Source of the DNA: an uncultured Acidobacteriota bacterium
Lineage (GTDB): Bacteria; Acidobacteriota; Thermoanaerobaculia; UBA5066; Gp7-AA6
Length of the DNA stretch: 64,000 nt
Assembly: GCA_963776755.1 (NCBI GenBank)
Contig: CAVZNW010000002.1
Coordinates: 163,741-227,740, forward strand
Direction of reading: 5' to 3'
Shown piece by piece: positions 39,102-49,504 of this stretch. A program made the position numbers and the translations under genes. Under the pieces are notes generated by a model that was given only the letters and a program-made list of their open reading frames with translations, searched no databases and was not told the DNA's origin. How positions within the stretch are numbered: position 1 is the stretch's first letter; each line of letters starts with the position of its first letter.

Positions 39102-39776
39102 TCAGTCGTTCACGATCCAGCCGTCGCGCAGCCGGACGACGCGGTTCCCGAACGTGGCGTTCTCCTCGGAGTGCGTCACCTGGACGATGGTCGTGCCCTC
39201 GTCGTTCAGCTTCTTGAAGAGCCGCATGATTTCGCGGCCCTGGTCCGAGTGGAGGTTGCCGGTCGGCTCGTCGGCCAGGAGCAGCTTCGGCTTCGCGATG
39301 AGCGCCCGCGCCACGCCGACGAGCTGCTGCTGTCCGCCGGAGAGCTGGTTGGGGAAGAGGTCCTTCTTGCCGACGATCTGGAAGCGGTCGAGCGTGTCGG
39401 CCACGATCGAGGCGCGCTCCGAGCCCTTCACGTTGCGGTAGGAGAGCGGGATGTCGAGGTTCTCGGCGACCGTGAGGTTGTCGAGCAGGTGGTACTGCTG
39501 GAAGACGAAGCCGACGTACTTCTTGTTGAGCTCGATGCGCTCGCGGGGCTTAAGCGAATGGACCTCGTGCTCGAGCAGGCGGTATCCGCCGCTCCAGTCG
39601 TGGTCGAGCATCCCGAGGATCGAGAGCAGCGTCGACTTGCCGGCGCCCGAGGGGCCCATGATCGTCACGAACTCGCCCTGGGCGATCGAGAGGTCGATGC
39701 GGCGCAGCAGGAAGGTCTGGCCGGCGCGGGTCGCGACGGCTTTCTCGACGCTGGTCAGCTGGATCATGTTGTTCAT
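39102..39776 (-). CDS. ABC transporter ATP-binding protein, MacB/LolD type (second ATPase, embedded mid-array)
   Basis: 224 aa. Walker A GPSGAGKST, Q-loop VGFVFQQYHLL, signature LSGGQQQL, Walker B LLLADEPTGNLH, H-loop VTHS. The ATG overlaps the upstream permease stop (ATGA 39773-39776). Confidence 0.9.
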   Translation of the reverse strand: MNNMIQLTSVEKAVATRAGQTFLLRRIDLSIAQGEFVTIMGPSGAGKSTLLSILGMLDHDWSGGYRLLEHEVHSLKPRERIELNKKYVGFVFQQYHLLDNLTVAENLDIPLSYRNVKGSERASIVADTLDRFQIVGKKDLFPNQLSGGQQQLVGVARALIAKPKLLLADEPTGNLHSDQGREIMRLFKKLNDEGTTIVQVTHSEENATFGNRVVRLRDGWIVND

Positions 39777-42217
39777 TCGCCTTTCAACACTTCGCTGGGG
39801 GAGATGCGGGCGGCGCGCCGTGCCGGCAGGCCGCTCGCCAGGAACATCACGGCCCCGAGGGCCAGGGCGGCCGCCGCGAGGGTCGCGGGGTCGGTCGCGG
39901 CGACGCCGAAGAGGACGCGCGAGAGAAGCGGGGCCAGAGCGAGCGCGCCGGCGAGTCCCAGGGCGATTCCTCCGAGCGCCAGCCGCGCCGTCTCCGCGAG
40001 CACGGTGCCGAGCACCTGCGGCGACCGGGCGCCGAGCGCGATCCGGATGCCGAGCTCGCGGCGGCGCAGCCCGACGACGTAGGAAAGCAGCCCGTAGACG
40101 CCGACCATCGCGAGACCCACGGCGAGACCTCCGAAGGTCAGCATGAGCTGCATGTTCAAGCGCGAGGGCGCCAGGGCCTCGGCGTAGACGCCCGTCATCG
40201 TCGAAACGCCCTGGATCGGAAGGGCCGGGTCCAGGTCGTGGAACGCCCTGCGCAGGTCCGGCGCGGACGCGGAGCCCCGGACGACGAGCTGCATGTCCTC
40301 GATCGGGAACTGGCGGACCGAGAGGTAGTAGGCGGGCGCGGTCTCCTTGTCGAGGCCCAGGAACTTCTCGTCGGCCGCGATGCCGACGATCTCGAAGCGG
40401 GTCGGCAGGCCCTCGCCCCACCAGGAGACGCCGTCGCCGGACTCCAGGAAGCGCCCCAGGGCGCGGCCGTCCCGGAAGTTCGCGCGGGCGAAGGCCCGGT
40501 TGACGATCGCGACCGCCGGGTGCCGCGCGTCATCGGTAGGGGAGAAGTCGCGCCCCTCGAGAAGCGACACGCCGACCGAGCGAAAGTAGCCGTCGCTGAC
40601 GGCTCGAAACCAGGACGGAGACCGTTCGCCGCCGGGATCGCCGGTGCCCGGCTCGGCCTCGCCGCCGCCGATCCACTGGGCCTCGAGCGGATGGTTGTAG
40701 GCCAGGGCGGCCGAGGAGACTCCGGGCAGGGCCCGCGCTCTCGAGAGCAGAGCGTCCTCGAAGCGGGCGACGTCGCCCCAGGTCTCGTAGCGCGAGCGCG
40801 GCAGGGAAAATCGCGCGACCGTGACGTTGGCGGCGCGGAACCCCGGGTCGACCCGAGAGAGCCGCAGGAAGCTCTGCGTCAGCAGCAGCGCGCCCGAGGC
40901 GAGCAGCACGGCGACCGCGGTTTCGCCGAGAACCAGCAGGCGCAGGGAGCGTCGCGCTCCGCGAGTGCCGGTCGCGCCCCGGCCCACCTCGGACAGCCCG
41001 CGCGCGGCGCCCCGGCGCGCCGCGGTCAGCGCCGGCACGAGGCCGGAGAGCACGCCCACCACCAGCGAGACGGCGACCGCGAAGGCCAGGACCCCCTGGT
41101 GGACCCGCACCTGCCCGAGCCGCGGGACGTCCGGGGGCACCAGGGTGACGAGCAGCGGCAGCCCCCAGTACGTGAGGAGGACTCCCAGGGCGCCGGCCGC
41201 CGCGGAGAGAACGAGCGCCTCGACCAGGAATTGGGCGGCGATCCGTCCGCGTCCGGCGCCGAGGGCCGAGCGGACCGCGATTTCCCGCCCGCGGGCCTCG
41301 GCCCGCGCGAGCTGGAGGCTCGCCACGTTGGCGCAGCCGATCGCGAGCACGAAGATCACCGCTCCGAAGAGGAGCCAGAGAGCGGGCCGCATCGCACCCT
41401 GCGTCTCGAGATCGAGCGGCGCAAGCCGCGTGTCCGCGCCCCGGTTGCTCGAGTCCTCGGCCGCGAGTCTCCGGGCGAGCGCGGTCATCTCCTGCCGGGC
41501 CGCCGCCAGGGTCACGCCCGGCTTCAAGCGCCCGAGGACGCCGAGCACGTAGCTGCGGCCCCGCGGCGCTCCTGCGCCCTCGAGCGCGGCGGGAGCGAAG
41601 AACTCCGGCCCTCCTGGAGCGAAGGCGATGCGGCCGATCGTCAGGGCCGCGGTCGGGTAAGGTGCGGGCGGCATCACGCCGACGATGGTCCGGGGCGTGC
41701 CCTCGAGTGTCACCGTGCGGCCGAGGATTCCGGGGTCCGCGCCGAAGCGCGAGACCCAGAGCTCGTGCCCGAGAAGGACGACCGGCGCGGCGCCCGATTT
41801 CGCTTCCTCCGGCCGGAAGGCGCGGCCGAGGACTGGAAGAACGCCGAGAAGATCGAAGTATTCGGGCGTGACCCGGCTGCCATGGAGCGAGACCGGCTCG
41901 CCCTCGCCCGTCAGCGTCCATGTCGCGCCCTGGAAGGCGGCGAGGCTCTCGAAGGAGCGGGCATGCTCGCGCCACGCGCGATAGGAGGTCGGTGCCGGGC
42001 GCCAGAGCCGGCCGTCCGGCCCGACTTCCCAGAGGACCGTCAGCCGTTCGGGTTCGCGGTAGGGGAGCGGCGCGAGAACGACCGTGTGGAGGAGCGAGAA
42101 GATGGTCGTCGTCGCGGCGATTCCGAGGGCGAGGGTCCCGATCGCCGCGGCCGAGAAGCCAGGGCTCTTTCGGAGCGACCGAAGCGTGTAGCGAATCTGG
42201 CGGGCGAGGCTGTTCAT
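39773..42217 (-). CDS. ADOP-type duplicated FtsX/MacB-like permease (array member 7)
   Basis: 814 aa. MNSLARQIRYTLRSLRKSPGF. AIGCANVASLQLARAEARGREIAVRSALGA and VGVYGLLSYVVGLRRRELGIRIALGA. C-terminus LPARRAARISPSEVLKGE. Confidence 0.9.
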   Translation of the reverse strand: MNSLARQIRYTLRSLRKSPGFSAAAIGTLALGIAATTTIFSLLHTVVLAPLPYREPERLTVLWEVGPDGRLWRPAPTSYRAWREHARSFESLAAFQGATWTLTGEGEPVSLHGSRVTPEYFDLLGVLPVLGRAFRPEEAKSGAAPVVLLGHELWVSRFGADPGILGRTVTLEGTPRTIVGVMPPAPYPTAALTIGRIAFAPGGPEFFAPAALEGAGAPRGRSYVLGVLGRLKPGVTLAAARQEMTALARRLAAEDSSNRGADTRLAPLDLETQGAMRPALWLLFGAVIFVLAIGCANVASLQLARAEARGREIAVRSALGAGRGRIAAQFLVEALVLSAAAGALGVLLTYWGLPLLVTLVPPDVPRLGQVRVHQGVLAFAVAVSLVVGVLSGLVPALTAARRGAARGLSEVGRGATGTRGARRSLRLLVLGETAVAVLLASGALLLTQSFLRLSRVDPGFRAANVTVARFSLPRSRYETWGDVARFEDALLSRARALPGVSSAALAYNHPLEAQWIGGGEAEPGTGDPGGERSPSWFRAVSDGYFRSVGVSLLEGRDFSPTDDARHPAVAIVNRAFARANFRDGRALGRFLESGDGVSWWGEGLPTRFEIVGIAADEKFLGLDKETAPAYYLSVRQFPIEDMQLVVRGSASAPDLRRAFHDLDPALPIQGVSTMTGVYAEALAPSRLNMQLMLTFGGLAVGLAMVGVYGLLSYVVGLRRRELGIRIALGARSPQVLGTVLAETARLALGGIALGLAGALALAPLLSRVLFGVAATDPATLAAAALALGAVMFLASGLPARRAARISPSEVLKGE

Positions 42218-42222
42218 CCCGC

Positions 42223-44640
42223 TCACTCCGACCTCAGCGCCGCCATCGGCTCCACCCGCGAGGCCCGGCGCGCCGGGATCCAGCAGGCGGCGAGCGCGAC
42301 GGCGATAAGGATCAACGATACGCCCGCATGCGTCGCCGGGTCGGCGGGCTGAACCTCGAAGAGAAGTCCCGTCAGGAGCCGCGATGCGCCGAGCGCTCCG
42401 GCGACGCCCACGACGAGCCCCCCGAGCACCAGCCGCATTCCGTCGGCGAGCACGAGACGGCGGACCTCGACCCGGTCCGCCCCGAGCGCCATGCGGATGC
42501 CGATCTCCCGCGTCCGCTGCGCGACCGCGAAGGCGATTACGCCGTAGATGCCGACGGCCGACAGGGCGAGCGCCATCCCGGCAAAGAGCAGGAGGAGCCG
42601 CGCCGTGAAGCGCGGCCGCGCCACCGAGCGCGACACGATCTCTCCGAGGCTCGAGAGGCCGTTGACGACGAGGTCCGGATCGAGGCGCCGGACCTCGGAC
42701 CGCACCGCGTCGGCGAGCCTCCCCGGGGGCCCGGCGGTTCGAATCGCGACGTGGAAGAACGATGTCGGCGCCTGCGCCAGCGAGGCGTAGAACTCGGGCA
42801 CCGGGCCCACGCCGAGCTCGTCGTCGCGCACGTCGCCGACGATCCCGACGATCTCGCCTTCGATCCGCGTCTCGCCCGGTCTCGCTCCGAATCGGACGCG
42901 CCTTCCGAGCGCGTTGCCCTGCGGCCAGAGCTTCTTCGCGCCGGACGCGCTCACCAGGATCGCGTGCGGCGCTCCGGAACGGTCCTCGGGCCCGAAGATC
43001 CGCCCGGCCAAGAGCGGAATGCCGAGGGTCCGGAAGTAGTCGGCGCTCGCCACGCGCAGCTGCGCGGAAGGCTCGTCCGACCCTTCGGGAGCGCCGTCGA
43101 TCCGCATGCTGCTGCTGAAGGACATTCCCGTCAGCGGCAGACCGAAGACGGCGCCGGCCGACCGTGTCCCGGGAAGCGCGCGCATTCGCGCGAGGAGGAG
43201 CTCCGTGAATTGCGCCTGCCGGGCCTCGTCCGGGTACCGCTTTTCGGGGAGCGTGACGTCGAAGGCGAGGACGTTCTCGGCCCGAAACCCCGGATCCACG
43301 GCCGAGAGGCGCGTGAGGCTCTTGACGAGAAGGCCGGCGCCGACGAGGAGCACCAGCGCGATCGCGACCTGGCCGGCCACGAGGACGCGGCGCAGCCTCA
43401 CGGCTCCTCGGCCGGATGCGGCGTCGGCGCCCGTGGCGCGCAGTCCGCGCATCGGGCCCGACCGGACCGCCGAAAGCGCGGGCGCGAGGCCGAATACGAC
43501 GGCGGCCGCGAGCGTCCAGGCGGCGGTGAAGGCGAGCACCCCTGCGTCGATCCGCACCTCCGAGAGTCGAGGGACGTTGGCCGGGGCAAGGCGCAGGACG
43601 AGGTCGAGCGAGCCGGACGCGAGGGCGAGCCCCGCCGCGGCCCCCGCGAGGGCGAGCACGAGGCTCTCGGTCAGGAGCTGCCGGGCCAGTCGCAGGCGGC
43701 CGGCGCCGAGAGCGGTCCGGATCGCCATCTCGGCGCCCCGGCGGGAGGCCCGGATGAGGAGCAGGTTGGCGACGTTGGCGCAGGCGATGAGGGTCACCAG
43801 TCCCACGGCGGCAAGCAGGATCAGGAGCGCCGGCCGGACGTCGCCGACGAGGGTTTCGGAAAGCGGGGTCACGACCGCCGTGTAGCCCTCGTTCGATCTC
43901 GGATACCGGGCGCGCAGCCGGTCGGCGATCGACCGGATCTCGGCACGGGCCTCTCCGAGCGGCGCGTCGCTGCGCCGCCGCGCGACGACGTTCAGGTAGT
44001 GGGCGCCGCGCTGCGTCGAGAGCTCCGGGCCGAAGGCGAGAGGCGCCCACAGATCCGCCCCATCCTCGGGGAAACGGAACCCCGGCGGCATCACGCCGAG
44101 CACCGTGTGCGGCTCACCGTCGAGCTGGATCGCGCCGCCGACGATTCCGGGATCGCCGCCGAAGCGGCGCATCCACAGACCGTGCGAAAGGACCACGGCG
44201 CGCTCGTTGCCGCGGACGGTCTCGGCCTCGCCGAACGCGCGGCCGAGCTGCGGCGCCACGGCCAGAGCCGGGAAGAAGCCGGCGGTGGCCACCGTGGCGT
44301 TCAGCTGCTCGGGCTCTCCGCGTCCGGTCAGCGTGGCCGCGGTCGTCGTGTAGGCGCCCATGGCCGAGAACGACCGACTCTCGGACTGCCAGTCGAAGAA
44401 GTTCGGCGGGGAGGCCGTGATCGTGCCCCAGCCCTTCTCCCGGTTCGACTCGGCGATCGCCACGAGGCGCTCCGGTTCGGGGAACGGGAGGGGCCGCAGA
44501 AGGACGCCGCGGACGAGGCTGAACACGGCGGCATTGGCCCCGATCCCCAGGGCCAGAGTCGCGATCGCCGCCGCGGCGAAGCCGGGGCTCTTCCGCAGGG
44601 ACCGGAACGCGTAACGGACGTCCTGGAACAGGGTGTTCAT
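42223..44640 (-). CDS. ADOP-type duplicated FtsX/MacB-like permease (array member 6)
   Basis: 805 aa. [51 protein letters not shown] and [27 protein letters not shown]-terminus IPARRASRVEPMAALRSE. Confidence 0.9.
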   Translation of the reverse strand: MNTLFQDVRYAFRSLRKSPGFAAAAIATLALGIGANAAVFSLVRGVLLRPLPFPEPERLVAIAESNREKGWGTITASPPNFFDWQSESRSFSAMGAYTTTAATLTGRGEPEQLNATVATAGFFPALAVAPQLGRAFGEAETVRGNERAVVLSHGLWMRRFGGDPGIVGGAIQLDGEPHTVLGVMPPGFRFPEDGADLWAPLAFGPELSTQRGAHYLNVVARRRSDAPLGEARAEIRSIADRLRARYPRSNEGYTAVVTPLSETLVGDVRPALLILLAAVGLVTLIACANVANLLLIRASRRGAEMAIRTALGAGRLRLARQLLTESLVLALAGAAAGLALASGSLDLVLRLAPANVPRLSEVRIDAGVLAFTAAWTLAAAVVFGLAPALSAVRSGPMRGLRATGADAASGRGAVRLRRVLVAGQVAIALVLLVGAGLLVKSLTRLSAVDPGFRAENVLAFDVTLPEKRYPDEARQAQFTELLLARMRALPGTRSAGAVFGLPLTGMSFSSSMRIDGAPEGSDEPSAQLRVASADYFRTLGIPLLAGRIFGPEDRSGAPHAILVSASGAKKLWPQGNALGRRVRFGARPGETRIEGEIVGIVGDVRDDELGVGPVPEFYASLAQAPTSFFHVAIRTAGPPGRLADAVRSEVRRLDPDLVVNGLSSLGEIVSRSVARPRFTARLLLLFAGMALALSAVGIYGVIAFAVAQRTREIGIRMALGADRVEVRRLVLADGMRLVLGGLVVGVAGALGASRLLTGLLFEVQPADPATHAGVSLILIAVALAACWIPARRASRVEPMAALRSE

Positions 44641-44648
44641 CGCAGACC

Positions 44649-47063
44649 TCACTCCGATCGCAGCGCCTGCATGGGGTCGATGCGCGCCGCGCGCCGCGCG
44701 GGAAGGTACGAGGCCGCGATCGACACGGCCGCGAGCGTGGCGGCCACGCCGACGAGGACCGCCGCGTCGGAGGGGCGCACGCCGTAGAGCAGCCCCGCCA
44801 GGAGCCGGGTCGCCCCGAGCGAGCCCGCAATGCCGACGGCCAGTCCCGCCAGGGAGCGCCCGAGCCCTTCCCTGAGGACCATCCAGGTCAGGTCGGCGCG
44901 CCCGGCCCCGAGGGCCGCGCGGATCCCGATCTCGCGCGTGCGGCGGGCGACCGAGTAGGCGAGCAGGCCGTAGAGACCGAGCGCCGCGAGCAGGAGCGCC
45001 GTTGTCCCGAAGATCGAAAGGAGCGTCGTCTGGAAACGCGGCGCACCGACCGAGCGTGCGAGCAGCTGTTCGGCGGTGCTCACGCGATAGAGCGCCACGT
45101 CCGGGTCGGCCGCGCGGATCGCCTCGCGCAGGCCCGGAGCAAGCGCCGCCGGGTCGCCCGCGGCCCGGGCGACGACGCAGAGGCCGCTGATCGGGACCTG
45201 GAGGATCGACGGGTACACCGCCGGCTCCGCCTCGCGTGCGAGTCCGCGGAAGCGGACGTTGCCCACGACGCCGACGATCCGGCGCGAGAGCCCCCAGAAG
45301 GAGAGCGAGCGGCCGACCGGATCGACGCCGGGGAAGTACTTTTTCGCCAGGGCCTGGTTGATGACGACCACGTGCGGCGCTCCCTGCCGGTCGCGCTCGT
45401 CGAGCGCCCGCCCGGAGAGGACGGGGGAGCCCACGATGCGGAAGTAGCCGGGGCCGACGCCGCGGATCCGTACCTCGTCGCGCTCGCCCGGGGCCTGGGG
45501 CCGGCCGTCGATCTCGATCTGCGAGGTCCAGCCGGCCTTCATCGGATGGTTCATGGCGAGGGTGGCTCCGGAGGACCCCGGCAGCGCCGCCAGCCTCGGC
45601 AGGACGTCGTCGTAGAAGCGCAGGACTTCCGGCCACTTGTAGAAGTCCTCGCGGGACGGCTCGGGATACGTCGAGCGCGGCAGCGACAGCTCGGCCGTGA
45701 GGAGGCCGGACGCGCGAAAGCCCGGGTCCACGTCCAGCAGGCGGCGCAGGCTCTTGAGGAGCAGGCCGGCGCCCGTGACCAGAATGCAGGCCAGCGCCAC
45801 CTGCGCGACGACGAGGGCCCCGCGCGCCCGGGCGCGAGACGCCGTGCGGGTGTCCTCTTCGCGCAGCGCGACGCCGATGCCGCGCCGGGCCGAGAGCGCC
45901 GGCGCCAGGCCGGCGAGGACGCCGCTTCCGGCGGCGAGGGCGAACGAGAACGCGAGGACGGGAAGGTGCAGGCCCGCGCCCGCGGCGCCGGGCAGCATGT
46001 CCGGCTGGAGCGCGAGCAGCGCGTCGGTTCCCCAGGCGGCGATCCCGAGGCCGGCCGCGCCGCCTCCGATCGCCAGCACCAGGCTCTCGGTCAGGAACTG
46101 CCGCACGAGCCGCCAGCCTCCGGCGCCCATCGCCCGGCGGATGGCGACCTCGCGCGCCCGTGCCGTGGCCCGCGCGAGCAGGAGACCCGAGACGTTCGCA
46201 CAGGCGATGAGGGTCAACAGCGCCGCGGCGCCCAGCAGGATGAAGAGCGCCGGGCGCACGTCGCCGACCAGGGCGTCGCGCAGGTCCTGGACGCGGGCGC
46301 CGCGCCCGGCGTTGTCGTCCGGGAACTGGCGCGCGAGGCCCGCCGCGATCGCATCCATCTCCGCGCCCGCCCGTTCGAGCGTGACGCCGTCGTGGAGCCG
46401 CCCGTAGACGCCGAGATCGTGCACGCCGCGCACGTCGCGAAACGCTCCCAGATTGGGCTCGAGCGCGAGCCACGCTTCGGAGCGGTCGGGAAAGTCGAAG
46501 CCCGGGGCCATGACCCCGACGATGACGGCGGGCTTGCCGTCCAGGGCGATCGGTCGGCCGAGGGCCGCCGGATCGGCTCCGAAGCGGCCCCGCCAGAGGC
46601 CGTCGGAGAGGATCACCGTTCCGGTAGCGCCGATCCGGTCGTCTTCGGCCCGGAAGCTTCGTCCCAGGCGCGGCGCCGCGCCGAGCATCGGGAAGAGGTC
46701 GTGCGAGATCGCACTCGCCGAGATCCGCAGGGGCTCCCGGCCGGCCTCCGTCAGGTTGAGCTGGAGGTTCCGCGAGGCGGCGAGGCTCGAGAACGAGCGC
46801 GCCTGCGCCTTCCAGTCGCGGAAGTCCGGCGCCGAGACGCCTTCCTCGAACGAGGCGTTGTGCGGGTCGGTCTCCCACACGACCGCGAGACGCTCCGGCG
46901 CGGCGAAGGGAAGGGGCTGCCAGAGGACCGAGTGAGCGACCGAGAAAATCGCGGTGGTCGCGCCGATGCCGAGCGCGAAGGTGGCGAAGGCCGCGGCCGT
47001 GAAGCCGGGGCTCTTCGCGAGCGAGCGCAGCGCGTAGCGGAGGTCCTGCGTCAATGCCGCCAT
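44649..47063 (-). CDS. ADOP-type duplicated FtsX/MacB-like permease (array member 5)
   Basis: 804 aa. MAALTQDLRYALRSLAKSPGF. LIACANVSGLLLARATARAREVAIRRAMGA and LGLYGLLAYSVARRTREIGIRAALGA. C-terminus LPARRAARIDPMQALRSE. GGAGG ribosome-binding site in the 11-nt gap. Confidence 0.9.
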   Translation of the reverse strand: MAALTQDLRYALRSLAKSPGFTAAAFATFALGIGATTAIFSVAHSVLWQPLPFAAPERLAVVWETDPHNASFEEGVSAPDFRDWKAQARSFSSLAASRNLQLNLTEAGREPLRISASAISHDLFPMLGAAPRLGRSFRAEDDRIGATGTVILSDGLWRGRFGADPAALGRPIALDGKPAVIVGVMAPGFDFPDRSEAWLALEPNLGAFRDVRGVHDLGVYGRLHDGVTLERAGAEMDAIAAGLARQFPDDNAGRGARVQDLRDALVGDVRPALFILLGAAALLTLIACANVSGLLLARATARAREVAIRRAMGAGGWRLVRQFLTESLVLAIGGGAAGLGIAAWGTDALLALQPDMLPGAAGAGLHLPVLAFSFALAAGSGVLAGLAPALSARRGIGVALREEDTRTASRARARGALVVAQVALACILVTGAGLLLKSLRRLLDVDPGFRASGLLTAELSLPRSTYPEPSREDFYKWPEVLRFYDDVLPRLAALPGSSGATLAMNHPMKAGWTSQIEIDGRPQAPGERDEVRIRGVGPGYFRIVGSPVLSGRALDERDRQGAPHVVVINQALAKKYFPGVDPVGRSLSFWGLSRRIVGVVGNVRFRGLAREAEPAVYPSILQVPISGLCVVARAAGDPAALAPGLREAIRAADPDVALYRVSTAEQLLARSVGAPRFQTTLLSIFGTTALLLAALGLYGLLAYSVARRTREIGIRAALGAGRADLTWMVLREGLGRSLAGLAVGIAGSLGATRLLAGLLYGVRPSDAAVLVGVAATLAAVSIAASYLPARRAARIDPMQALRSE

Positions 47064-47074
47064 GCCGGGTCCTC

Positions 47075-49504
47075 CTACTCCGCCCTCAGGGACGTCATGG
47101 GATCGATGCGCGAGGCGCGGCGCGCCGGAAGCCAGGTCGCCGCGAGGGCGATCGCCGCGACGACCGCGGCCACGCCGGCGAAGGTCACCGGGTCGGTGGA
47201 AGACACGCCGGGGAGCTGGCTCGAGAGGAGCCTCGACACCGCGAACGCGCCGGCGAGGCCGAGGGCGACGCCGGCCACCGCCAGGCGCATCCCCTCCTCG
47301 AGGAAGCTCCTCAGGATCTCGGCCGGGCTCGCCCCGAGAGCCATGCGCAGGCCGATCTCGCGCCGCCGCTCGGCGGCGGCCTGGGCCGCCACACCGTAGA
47401 GGCCGACTCCGGCGATCGACGCGGCCAGGAGGCCGAGGAGTCCGAGCAGGTTCGAGCCGATGCGTTGCGCGATCAGCGCCTCGAGGATGTGCTCCTCCAT
47501 CGTCTGCGCTTCGCCGATCGGGAGGTTGGGATCGAGCCGCTTGAGGATCCCCCGCACGCTCGGAAGCAGCGACCCCGGATCGCCCGAGGATCGGAGGAGC
47601 AGGACGAGCGACGGCTTGTAGACCTGAGCGACGGGAACGTAGGCGTAGGCCATCGGGCGCTCGGAGAAACTCTGGTACTTGCCCGTGCGGGCCACGCCGA
47701 CGATGGTCCGCGCCTCGCCCAGAAACGTGAACGTCGATCCGAGAGCGTCACGGTTCGGGAAGTACCGACGGGCGAACGTCTCGTTGACGATGGCGACTCC
47801 GGGGGCGTCCTTGTGGTCGGAGGGTTCGAACTCGCGCCCGCGCAGGCCGATCTCGAGCGTCGAGAAGTAGCCGGGCGCAACGGTGTTGTACTGGACCATC
47901 AGCTCTTCGCCGGGGGCTGGCGTGTATCCGTCGAGCTCGAACGAGCTGGAGCTCGATCCCGAAAAGCCCAGGGGCACGCGGCGCGCCACCGATGCCGATG
48001 CGACTCCGGGCAGTGCGCGGGCCTGCTCGGTGAGGGCGTCGAACAGGGTGCGCCCCCGCTCCGGGGAGTAGCCCAGCGGGAAGACGTCGATTCCGACGAT
48101 CAGGACGCTCTTCGCGCCGAACCCCGGGTCCAGGCGCTGCGCGGCCGCGAAGCTCCGCAGAAAGAGCCCGGCCGCAACGAGGAGAATCAGCGAGAGCGCC
48201 ACCTGGGCCGCCACCAGGCCGCGCCTCAGGCGGGCCCGCCGGCGGGCTCCGCCGATCGATCCGGACCCTCCGACGAGATCCGCGGCAATCGACGAGCGCG
48301 AGGCGCGCAACGCCGGAACGAGCCCGAAGAGGAGGCTCGAGGCGGCCGCCGCGGCGAACGCGAAGGCCAGGACGCGGCCGTCCACGGCGAGATCGAGGCG
48401 GATGGGGCGACCGGACGGCGGGATGAACGACATGAGGAGCCCGGACGTCCAGAACGTCAGAAGGACGGCGGCGAGTCCCCCGAGGGCGGCGAGCAGGAGA
48501 CTTTCGGTCAAAAGCTGACGGACGAGCCTCCCGCGCCCGGCGCCGAGCGCCAGCCGCACCGCGACCTCGCGCCGCCGGCCGAACGCGCGCGAGAGCAGGA
48601 GCGCGGAGACGTTGGCGCACGCCACGAGCAGGACGAGCCCGACGAGCCCGAGAAGCGCCAGCAGGACGGGACGCAGGACGCGCGGGCCTCCCCACGGGCT
48701 CTTCGACAGGGGAGCGACGAGGAAGCCGTGACCCTTGTACGAGCTCGACTCGCGCGCGATCCGGGACGCCTCTGCTGCGAGGACCTGGTTCGCGCGCGCG
48801 TCGTCGACTCCCGGCGCCAGGCGCGCCACGCACATGAGCCAGCGATCGCCGCGCTGGCCGAGCCGGTCGTCGCCCGGTTCCAGGCGCGGCGTCTGCGCGA
48901 GGGGCGCCCACAGGTCGACCCCGAGGCCGAGGAGGCTTCCGAGAAACGCGGCCGGCGCCACGCCGACGACGGTGAAGGGCGTGCCGTTGACCGGGATGCT
49001 CTTGCCGACGATCGCCGGGTCCGACCCGAAGTCGCGGGACCAGAGGGACTCGGACAGCACGACGACGGGCGGCGAGCCGGGCCCCGCGTCCTCCTCCGGT
49101 CGGAAGAAGCGCCCCAACCGCGGGCGGACTCCGAGCACCTCGAAGGAGTTGCCGGAGACGAGAGACCCCCAGAGCCTCTGCGGCGCCTCTCCGGTCCGCG
49201 CGCCGAGAGCGACCGCGATCGCGCGCTGGGCCACGAGGCCGGAAAAGACGTCGGTTCGTGCGGCGAGCTCAAGGTAGACCGGGTAGGACAGGCTCACCGA
49301 GTCCTCGGACGGGCTCGTGCCGTAGAGCACCCGGAGGCGGTCGGGCTGCGCGGCCCCGGGGATCGGGTCGAGCAGGACCGCGTTCACCCACGAGAAGACG
49401 GTCGTGTTGGCGCCGACGCCGAGCGCCAGCGTCAGGACGGCGGCCGCGGTCCATCCCGGGCTGCGGGCGAGGCTGCGCAGGGCGTACTTCAGATCGTTGA
49501 TCAT
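47075..49504 (-). CDS. ADOP-type duplicated FtsX/MacB-like permease (array member 4)
   Basis: 809 aa. MINDLKYALRSLARSPGW. LVACANVSALLLSRAFGRRREVAVRLALGA and VGLYGVAAQAAAERRREIGLRMALGA. C-terminus LPARRASRIDPMTSLRAE. ATGA overlap at 49501-49504. Confidence 0.9.
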   Translation of the reverse strand: MINDLKYALRSLARSPGWTAAAVLTLALGVGANTTVFSWVNAVLLDPIPGAAQPDRLRVLYGTSPSEDSVSLSYPVYLELAARTDVFSGLVAQRAIAVALGARTGEAPQRLWGSLVSGNSFEVLGVRPRLGRFFRPEEDAGPGSPPVVVLSESLWSRDFGSDPAIVGKSIPVNGTPFTVVGVAPAAFLGSLLGLGVDLWAPLAQTPRLEPGDDRLGQRGDRWLMCVARLAPGVDDARANQVLAAEASRIARESSSYKGHGFLVAPLSKSPWGGPRVLRPVLLALLGLVGLVLLVACANVSALLLSRAFGRRREVAVRLALGAGRGRLVRQLLTESLLLAALGGLAAVLLTFWTSGLLMSFIPPSGRPIRLDLAVDGRVLAFAFAAAAASSLLFGLVPALRASRSSIAADLVGGSGSIGGARRRARLRRGLVAAQVALSLILLVAAGLFLRSFAAAQRLDPGFGAKSVLIVGIDVFPLGYSPERGRTLFDALTEQARALPGVASASVARRVPLGFSGSSSSSFELDGYTPAPGEELMVQYNTVAPGYFSTLEIGLRGREFEPSDHKDAPGVAIVNETFARRYFPNRDALGSTFTFLGEARTIVGVARTGKYQSFSERPMAYAYVPVAQVYKPSLVLLLRSSGDPGSLLPSVRGILKRLDPNLPIGEAQTMEEHILEALIAQRIGSNLLGLLGLLAASIAGVGLYGVAAQAAAERRREIGLRMALGASPAEILRSFLEEGMRLAVAGVALGLAGAFAVSRLLSSQLPGVSSTDPVTFAGVAAVVAAIALAATWLPARRASRIDPMTSLRAE

